DNA from: Clostridia bacterium
GTDB lineage: Bacteria; Bacillota; Sulfobacillia; SLMV01
Direction: 5' to 3'
DNA: 63,590 nucleotides
NCBI GenBank assembly: GCA_003551365.1
Contig: PUMM01000063.1
Coordinates: forward strand, 1-63,590
Positions 57,184 through 63,590 of the stretch are shown here, one piece after another. A model generated the notes under the pieces. It was given only the letters and a program-made list of their open reading frames with translations, searched no databases and was not told the DNA's origin. Position 1 is the first letter of the stretch. Each line of letters starts with the position of its first letter. A program made the position numbers and the translations under genes.

Positions 57184-58605
57184 GTGATGAGCGAGTTCAG
57201 GAATCTGGTGGATTATGCACAGGCGATACGCGAGCGGCATGACATACCGGGAATTGCCTTCGGGACGGCGCGGGGCGACCGCCTCGTATATGGGGGAGGA
57301 GTGGGATGGCGTGATGCCAGTGAGCGGACCCCCATCGGGGCGGATACCGTAGTTGGGGTCGGTTCCATCACCAAGTCACTCACCGCCCTGGCGGTCATGC
57401 AGCTGTGTGAGGCGGGTGAGCTGAGGGTGTGTGACCCGGTGCGCAAGTGGCTGCCGGAGTTCACCGTGCGGCCGGAGGCGAGTGTTCGGAAGATGACCCT
57501 GCATCACTTTCTGACTCACACCTCGGGAATGCCCCCGCTTCCCTCCCGCTTTTACGCTCAGTATCGCAGCATAATGGCCGACCGGAACCGCGAGCGCATC
57601 CCCCTGCCGGTGGATGTGGAGAAGCTGCGGCCGGTCGACACCTACGAGGATCTGATGGAACTGCTCGCCGAGTTCGATGTGCAGCTGCTGGGCGAGCCCG
57701 GGGAGTGCTTCAGCTACTCCAACGAGGCCTACGGGCTGCTGGGGTGCGTAATTGAGCGGGCTGCGGGGGAGAAATATCCCGATTACATACGGAAGAACAT
57801 CCTGCAGCCGACCGGCATGACCCGCACCGTCTTCGCTCCCGAAGAGGTGGAGGAGCTGCGTCCCGATGTCAGCCAGATCTACTGCTCGCGCGAGCGGGAT
57901 GGCGAGAGCGAGGTCTTCCCGGCGCCGGGATACTGGGAGAAGCACGCCATGTACGCGTGTGGTCACCTCAAATCCACGGTGCGAGACATGCTGCAGTACA
58001 GCCGCATCTATCGTGCGGGCGGGATGGTGGACGGAGAGCGCATAGTCTCACCGCAATCAGTGGACGCCATGGTGACCCCGCACGTTCACACAGGAAGAGG
58101 GCAGTATTACGGATATGGTTTCACCGTACAGCCCGACTACCACGGCGGTGTCACTGCAGTGCGGCACGGGGGCGGTGACAAGGGGGTATCCGCGCACCTG
58201 TCTTTTGCGATTGAGGAGGACCTGGCAACCTGCTCCCTGGCCAACCTGGCGGGGGTTCCCTCGGAGAATGTGGCACTGGGAGCCCTCAATGCTCTGCTGG
58301 ATGTTCCCGTCGATGAGCCGGCGGACAAATTCGGCCAGCACCCGCTGCCGGAGGATCACCTGGAGCGCTTCGCCGGCACGTACCGTTCGGGCGAGGGGGC
58401 CGAAGTGCAGTGCTGGGTACAGGACGGCGAATTGCGCGTGCGCACGGCGGGAGTCTGCCGTACGGCCCGTCCCGTTGCCCGGGATGCGGTGGTGGTGCAG
58501 ATGAATGAGGACACCCAGCTTCCTCTGCGTTTTCTGTTTCATACCGATCATTCCGCCTGGGCGGTGAGTATGGGCCGCCGCATCATTCGCCGCTGCGAGG
58601 AGTGA
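57184..58605 (+). CDS. Serine hydrolase, beta-lactamase/PbpE family
   Basis: SITK (SxxK), LTHTSG, YSN (YxN), HGG; no signal peptide. Confidence 0.88.
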   Translation: MMSEFRNLVDYAQAIRERHDIPGIAFGTARGDRLVYGGGVGWRDASERTPIGADTVVGVGSITKSLTALAVMQLCEAGELRVCDPVRKWLPEFTVRPEASVRKMTLHHFLTHTSGMPPLPSRFYAQYRSIMADRNRERIPLPVDVEKLRPVDTYEDLMELLAEFDVQLLGEPGECFSYSNEAYGLLGCVIERAAGEKYPDYIRKNILQPTGMTRTVFAPEEVEELRPDVSQIYCSRERDGESEVFPAPGYWEKHAMYACGHLKSTVRDMLQYSRIYRAGGMVDGERIVSPQSVDAMVTPHVHTGRGQYYGYGFTVQPDYHGGVTAVRHGGGDKGVSAHLSFAIEEDLATCSLANLAGVPSENVALGALNALLDVPVDEPADKFGQHPLPEDHLERFAGTYRSGEGAEVQCWVQDGELRVRTAGVCRTARPVARDAVVVQMNEDTQLPLRFLFHTDHSAWAVSMGRRIIRRCEE

Positions 58606-58868
58606 GAGGGGGGATGGCTGCTCCGGCGGCGGGGACGCAGGGGCAATGGGAGCATGTAGATGATGGTTCTCCGGCTGCTCCGCGCATGCTGTCGGAGGCT
58701 ACCCGGACAATGCAGGCGGGACCTGGTGAGTGCGAGAGATCCACCAACTCCCTTCCCTACTTCGCGCGGAGCAGCCGGGTTACTCGTGATCTTATAGACG
58801 ATCCCGCCGCCGGTTGGGCCGGAGAGGGCGCCTGAGTGGGACGCCCCTGACGCTGCATGCCCAGTTAC

Positions 58869-58975
58869 ATGGAAGGGGACATCTTCCATTGGGCTAGGAG
58901 ACGTAAGACCTGCTATTATAGGCAGTCTCTGTTTGAATCCAGAATCCCACTGGTTTTAGCCGTGGGAGTATGTCA
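58869..58975 (+). mobile_element. IS200/IS605 right-end remnant (tnpB 3' tail and omega-RNA scaffold)
   Basis: ATGGAAG..CTTCCAT hairpin, GGAGACGTAAGACC...GGCAGTCTC, terminal AGAATCCCACTGGTTTTAGCCGTGGGAGTATGTCA; encodes the tail SSIGLGDVRP. Confidence 0.75.
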
Positions 58976-59019
58976 GGGAATAGCTTTCGGCCGATTGGCG
59001 GGGAATCTGTCTCCCGCAC

Positions 59020-59048
59020 TTGACAGAGAGCGGAGAGGGGGGTAACAT
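59020..59048 (+). promoter_or_regulatory. Sigma-A promoter P1
   Basis: TTGACA-N17-TAACAT. Confidence 0.55.
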
Positions 59049-59113
59049 GCAGAGTCATAATGATAGATGTGCCCGGGGGTCCGCACGCTGGCAGCGCAGC
59101 GTACGGGCCTTTG

Positions 59114-59142
59114 TTGCATAGTAATTCCGGACATGTTATACT
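59114..59142 (+). promoter_or_regulatory. Sigma-A promoter P2 of the MATE gene
   Basis: TTGCAT-N17-TATACT with TG extension. Confidence 0.6.
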
Positions 59143-59225
59143 AGTCGCTAACAGTTGGGGTCACGAAATATGTCCCGGCATGGCGGGTGAACGTACTGGT
59201 TGAAGAAACACGGGAGGGATTTTCC

Positions 59226-60761
59226 GTGGAAAGAACCACGGAGTCGGATGAACCGCCGGACGAACGCACACCGGAGGGGTCTAAGGAAGAATCCAGTAAA
59301 CGCGAGGCTGGGAAACTGACCTCCATGCCGCTGAATTCCAGCGTGCTGCACCTGGCCGGACCGGCCGTGGCACGCAAGGCCTGCCAGAGTCTCATCGAGA
59401 TGGTCTCACTCATAATAGTTGGCAGCCTCGGTGCTGAGGCGATCGCATCTGTCGGCATAGGCAAGCGCATCATCATGATGTCCACCGCAATCATGCAGGC
59501 TCTTTCTGTGGGAGCGACGGCAATAGTGGCCCGCTACTACGGGGCGGGCGATGAGGAGGGTGCGCGGCGCGTAGTGACGCAGACAGTCCTGCTCGGTCTC
59601 GGACTGGGAGCGTGCGTCGCAGTGGCCGGGGTGACCCTGGCGCCGTACATCATGCGGGGCATGATGGCACTGCAGGAGGCGCCGGATGCGGGCGTCATCG
59701 CGCACGGCACCGCCTATCTACGCAGTCTTTCCGCATTTTACGTACTGGCTATACCTCTGTTCATGTCCATAGCCATATTCCAGGGTGCAGGCGACATGAA
59801 GACCCCGCTCTATTTGATGATCTATATGAACGCGGTCAACGTGGTTCTGGCCTACGTTCTGGTCAACGGCATCGGATTCTTTCCCGCAATGGGAGTGACG
59901 GGAGCCGGGCTGGCGGCCGGATTCGCCCGCGGCAGCGCCGGGTTAATCGCCCTGACCATCCTGGCCAGAGACCGCGGGGTCATCGGTATGGATGTCGGCC
60001 GGCTGGTGCGGTTTGATACCGGTCTGGTTCGCTCCATAGTCGCAGTGGGTCTGCCGGCGGCCGGGGAGAAGTTCGTGCAGCGCGGATCGCAGATACTGTA
60101 CACTATGTTGATCGCGGGAATGGGAACCACGGCCATAGCGGCAAACGCCATTGCCATGAGCATTCAGTCGCTTTCGTTTATACCCGGCTTCGGATTCTCC
60201 ATGGCCACCACGGCGCTCGTGGGACAGAACCTGGGCGCGCAGAAGCCGGGACGCGCCGAGAAGTGTGGATACGCTGCGTACAGGTATGCAGTTATGCTGG
60301 TTGGGGCGGGCATTTTCTTCTTCCTGTTCGCCCCCCGCTTCATCGCCGGCTTTTACACCAATGATGCTGACGTGGTTTCCCTGACGGCAATGTGCCTGCG
60401 CATCATTGCCATATCCATGCCGTTCATGGCCATGATTCAGGTCTTCAGCGGCGGGCTGCGCGGCGCGGGTGACACCCGCGTGGTCATGTTCATAAACACC
60501 CTGGGCAACTGGGGCGTGCGGCTGCTGGGATCGTACCTGCTGGGCTGGTACATGGGTCTGGGTCTGGTGGGCGTATGGATCGCCATGGCCCTGGATCAAT
60601 TCGCCCGCGGTATGTTCCTGCTGTGGCGTTTCCGCGCCGGGCACTGGAAGTGGATTCAGGTTGGGCCGGATGCCCCGGGGGGCGGAGAGCATGCGCGCGA
60701 CGACGAAGCCGGTGACGTCGCCGCCGCGGTACCCCAGAAGCGGCGGGCGGCCGGCCCCTGA
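59226..60761 (+). CDS. MATE family efflux transporter
   Basis: GAGDMKTP, MGVTGAGLA, LVGQNLGA, LRGAGDTR, GLVGVW; start chosen by GGGAGG RBS. Confidence 0.92.
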   Translation: MERTTESDEPPDERTPEGSKEESSKREAGKLTSMPLNSSVLHLAGPAVARKACQSLIEMVSLIIVGSLGAEAIASVGIGKRIIMMSTAIMQALSVGATAIVARYYGAGDEEGARRVVTQTVLLGLGLGACVAVAGVTLAPYIMRGMMALQEAPDAGVIAHGTAYLRSLSAFYVLAIPLFMSIAIFQGAGDMKTPLYLMIYMNAVNVVLAYVLVNGIGFFPAMGVTGAGLAAGFARGSAGLIALTILARDRGVIGMDVGRLVRFDTGLVRSIVAVGLPAAGEKFVQRGSQILYTMLIAGMGTTAIAANAIAMSIQSLSFIPGFGFSMATTALVGQNLGAQKPGRAEKCGYAAYRYAVMLVGAGIFFFLFAPRFIAGFYTNDADVVSLTAMCLRIIAISMPFMAMIQVFSGGLRGAGDTRVVMFINTLGNWGVRLLGSYLLGWYMGLGLVGVWIAMALDQFARGMFLLWRFRAGHWKWIQVGPDAPGGGEHARDDEAGDVAAAVPQKRRAAGP

Positions 60762-60805
60762 CGCCGGACGACACATTGTGCAGACGAACCACATCCTGCG
60801 GCACC

Positions 60806-60832
60806 ACCCCCGTCCCTCCGGCGGGGGTTTTT
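60806..60832 (+). terminator. Intrinsic terminator after MATE
   Basis: ACCCCCG...CGGGGGT followed by TTTT. Confidence 0.65.
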
Positions 60833-60979
60833 GCCATGGGGGAGGGTTTCCGCAGCTGAGCAGGGATTTCGGCTGTTGCGCGGGGAGCCGTGACGGGACA
60901 GAATTGGAGTATGGGGCGAAAATCTCCCGGAGAGGTTGTGCAGTTTACAGCTCGATCCGGGTGCGGGAGGGGAATGACC

Positions 60980-61600
60980 TTGCATGAGATGCTGCTGACG
61001 GGTTTTGATACGTTTGCCGGCGCGGAGTTGAACCCTTCTGGGCTGGCGGCGGCACAGCTGGATGGACAGGAGATTGCCGGGTTCCGGGTGCGGGCCCATG
61101 AGCTCCCCACGGAGTTTGCAGCGGCGGGAGAGATGGTTGTCGAGCTCATCGACGGGCTGCAGCCCACTGCGGTTATCTGCTGCGGTCAGGCCGGAGGGGC
61201 CAGCGAGCTGCGCTGTGAGAGGCTGGCGGTCAACCTGCGTGATGCCCGAAGACCGGACAATGCTGGCAAACAGCCGCAGGATGAGGAGATCGTTCCAGGT
61301 GCCCCGGCGGCATACTGGGCGAGCGTGCCGGTGCGGGACCTGGTGTCTCGCGTGCGGGAGGCGGGGATTCCTGCGCGCATCTCCTACTCCGCCGGTACCT
61401 ATGTTTGCAACGATGTCTTCTACATGGCGCGGCACCACGTGCAGGACAATGGTCTGTCCACACGGGTTGGATTCATACACGTTCCCTGTGCCCCGGAGCA
61501 GGTTGCCGACCGCCCGGGCGTGGCCAGTATGGAGGTGGAAACCATCGCGCGGGGGTTGCGTGCGGCGATGAGTGCAGTGCCGCTGCCGCGCTGCAGGTGA
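60980..61600 (+). CDS. pcp: Pyroglutamyl-peptidase I
   Basis: LLTGF, NPS, GQAGG, ER.AVN, AGTYVCN, GFIHVP. Confidence 0.93.
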   Translation: MHEMLLTGFDTFAGAELNPSGLAAAQLDGQEIAGFRVRAHELPTEFAAAGEMVVELIDGLQPTAVICCGQAGGASELRCERLAVNLRDARRPDNAGKQPQDEEIVPGAPAAYWASVPVRDLVSRVREAGIPARISYSAGTYVCNDVFYMARHHVQDNGLSTRVGFIHVPCAPEQVADRPGVASMEVETIARGLRAAMSAVPLPRCR

Positions 61601-61659
61601 GGATGCAGGTGTCGGGACGATTAGAAGCACCGACTGCAGCGAAACGGAGAGTGGAGGCG

Positions 61660-62220
61660 ATGCTTGTGAGGGAGACGGACCGACAGGGTGCGGAAAATGG
61701 TGAGGAGATACGATCCGTCCTGCAGAGGTTTCAGGAGGGTTACTGCCGCCGCGATGTGCCGGGGGCCGCGGAGTTCGCCGGCGAACTGTTCGTCTCCGGC
61801 CGCGATGTAGTCATCATCGGTACGGGAGCTGCGCAGCGCGGGGGATATGAGTGGTGTGAGGGACCGGAGGAAGCCTGCGGGATCATAGCGGAGGATTGGC
61901 GGTCCTGGGGAGACCTGATTCTCGACATGGAGAGGGCACACATCGATCGGCACGATGAGGTGGCCTGGGTTGCAACCGTGGGCATTGTATGTCGGCATTC
62001 TGCCGGTAGGGGCGAGGCGGTGCAGGCGGGACTGCAGCCCACGCCGGTCCATGATCTGCCCCCGCAGCTGCAAAGACTGGCGAGCAGTGCGGGCCTCACC
62101 GGCGGCAACCGACAGCAGCTGGTTTGGCCGGTACGCTGGTCTGCTGTGCTGATCCGATCCGATGCGGGGTGGGCGTTTTCTCAGATGCACTTCTCCTATC
62201 CCGGCCTGATAGACAGCTGA
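61660..62220 (+). CDS. SnoaL/NTF2-like protein
   Basis: FQEGY..RD, IIGT, DW.SWGD, VAWVA, R.SAVL......W...QMHFS. Confidence 0.72.
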   Translation: MLVRETDRQGAENGEEIRSVLQRFQEGYCRRDVPGAAEFAGELFVSGRDVVIIGTGAAQRGGYEWCEGPEEACGIIAEDWRSWGDLILDMERAHIDRHDEVAWVATVGIVCRHSAGRGEAVQAGLQPTPVHDLPPQLQRLASSAGLTGGNRQQLVWPVRWSAVLIRSDAGWAFSQMHFSYPGLIDS

Positions 62221-62272
62221 TGCCCGGGGGGTTGCGTATGCGATACGACCGGTGGGGTGTACTCCCCGCCGG

Positions 62273-62692
62273 TCAGCTGAGCAGCTCTCCCAGGAAGAAT
62301 CCCAGGGTGATGCCGAAGGCTCCCACTACGCCGAGCACGGCGAAGTATATGACTACTCTCCGTCCTGCCTCGACGATGAACAAATCCAGCAGACCGCTGC
62401 CTCCGATTTCGATCCAGAGGAGAACCAGCGCTCCCCCGTAGACGAAAATGGGAAGGGCCAGTACCATGAGGCAGACGAGGAAGCGCAGGCCAGTAGTCTC
62501 ACCGCGGGTGACGAAACCAGCCAGAATCCCCACGATGGCCACAGAGATATACAGCACCGGATCAGTGACCGGGTAGGGAGCAAAGGCGCGGAACTCGGAG
62601 GAGGAGGCCACGAGAAGGTACAGCACTACCAGGCCCAGAGATAGTCCCCACAGTAGATTCATCGGATCCCATCTGAGATTTCTCATGAGCAT
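62273..62692 (-). CDS. Hypothetical membrane protein (about 4 TM)
   Basis: Hydrophobic helices; GAGAGGGG RBS. Confidence 0.65.
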   Translation of the reverse strand: MLMRNLRWDPMNLLWGLSLGLVVLYLLVASSSEFRAFAPYPVTDPVLYISVAIVGILAGFVTRGETTGLRFLVCLMVLALPIFVYGGALVLLWIEIGGSGLLDLFIVEAGRRVVIYFAVLGVVGAFGITLGFFLGELLS

Positions 62693-62732
62693 GTTCCCCT
62701 CTCCCCGGTTGCTACCTGCCTTCGGCGCAGAG

Positions 62733-63203
62733 TCAATCCTTCAGACCCCTCCGCACATCGACCAGGAAGGTGTCATCCTGTGCCGGATGGGAAATACGGA
62801 AGCGCATGCGGGCCTCCCAGTCCTCGTCGTCTCCCGACAGCTCTTGCAGGACTTCTTGCGGTAGATTGGACTGCAACTGGAATGTTTCCTCGACGTGCTC
62901 GCGCGCCGGCACAGAAAAATCTTCGGGAAACCAGTTATGGGTCACAACCAGCCTCCCCTGGCAGTACACATCAAGCCCCATGAACTCAATCTGGGTGCGG
63001 CTGTCGGATTCGTTGGTAAAAGTGACCGTCACGGCGAAATCCTCCCGGGCCTCGCCCGCCCGGACAGCGGTCAGTGCTGCATCAAACCGCTGCAGCGCAG
63101 CGTGCGAATCGCGCCAGTTGTTGACGGTCCAGCCAGTCAGAGTGCCGGATGCGGCCGCGACCAGTATGAGTATGAGTGCAAGAGCCAGCCTGCTGTGTTG
63201 CAA
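62733..63203 (-). CDS. Hypothetical membrane-anchored beta-rich protein (possibly LEA-2-like)
   Basis: N-terminal TM helix then VTVTFTN.S pattern; TTG start after AGGGGG. Confidence 0.6.
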   Translation of the reverse strand: MQHSRLALALILILVAAASGTLTGWTVNNWRDSHAALQRFDAALTAVRAGEAREDFAVTVTFTNESDSRTQIEFMGLDVYCQGRLVVTHNWFPEDFSVPAREHVEETFQLQSNLPQEVLQELSGDDEDWEARMRFRISHPAQDDTFLVDVRRGLKD

Positions 63204-63552
63204 GGCGCATTCCCCCTGGATGAGCACAATGAACGGGTCTGTCACCCGTGCGGATGCCGGTGCCGGGTGCGTGCGTCGATCTTTACCCTATCACAGCAGA
63301 ATGCATCCCTCAATCTTTTTCCACCTGTGGTTCTCGCTGGGCTCCGGGCGCACACGGAGCTGGAGCCTCACTCATAGTTTGTGAAAAAGACACGTCTGCC
63401 CTCGAGTATGCTGTAGATCTCTGGATTTACAAGGATACTCTGAACCAGCGGGGATGGAATGTGCAGCACGGCAGTGGGTGATATTGGAATGAGCAGTTAA
63501 CAGCTAGAGGCACTGCCCTGCGAAATCCAGAAAATTTTTTCCCATTCCAGTG

Positions 63553-63581
63553 CAGGACATCGTTGTTTGGCGTCGAATACG
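63553..63581 (+). promoter_or_regulatory. Putative sigma-H promoter for a gene beyond the window
   Basis: GCAGGACAT-N11-GTCGAATAC. Confidence 0.55.
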
Positions 63582-63590
63582 TAGTGTTAT

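Noticed and set aside
58671-58726. Minus-strand CCAGGTCC...GGAGCAGCC resembles SRP RNA domain IV
   Set aside because: A long insert replaces the required GNRA tetraloop.
58602-59045. Short ORFs of 77 aa and 62 aa after the serine hydrolase
   Set aside because: No recognisable content; the region is better explained by inverted repeats and the IS605 end.
1-63590. CRISPR arrays, tRNA/rRNA genes, integrases, prophage genes
   Set aside because: None were recognised by eye; dedicated scans were not run.

Overview
GC-rich chromosomal segment of an endospore-forming Bacillota (Firmicutes); many proteins are strongly acidic, suggesting a halophile. It follows a clostridial-type backbone: ruvX-DUF1292-mltG-sigK-yqeG, a type IVa pilus cluster (pilC,M,N,O, an unusual gene, pilD, pilB, pilT), a Tad/Flp pilus cluster, a glycine-riboswitch-controlled gcvT-H-PA-PB operon with LipS1/LipS2-type lipoyl synthase, LipM-like ligase, lpdA and glyA, then Xaa-Pro peptidase-efp and spoIIIAA-AH. 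About 16 kb of accessory genes separate efp from spoIIIAA: a methyltransferase-YkoF fusion with thiN, an Etf/LctD-like operon with two amide hydrolases, a ZIP transporter between mobile-element scars, and a RelE-UvrD fusion. The best candidate for something undescribed is a protein in the pilQ slot (8947-9990) made only of four secretin N-terminal (NolW-like) repeats with no secretin barrel. Also notable are the stand-alone RelE-like/SF1 helicase fusion, an orphan IS200/IS605 right end (TnpB omega-RNA scaffold) and several structured intergenic regions. All calls come from reading motifs by eye; no database searches were run, and start codons were adjusted to ribosome-binding sites (RBS).
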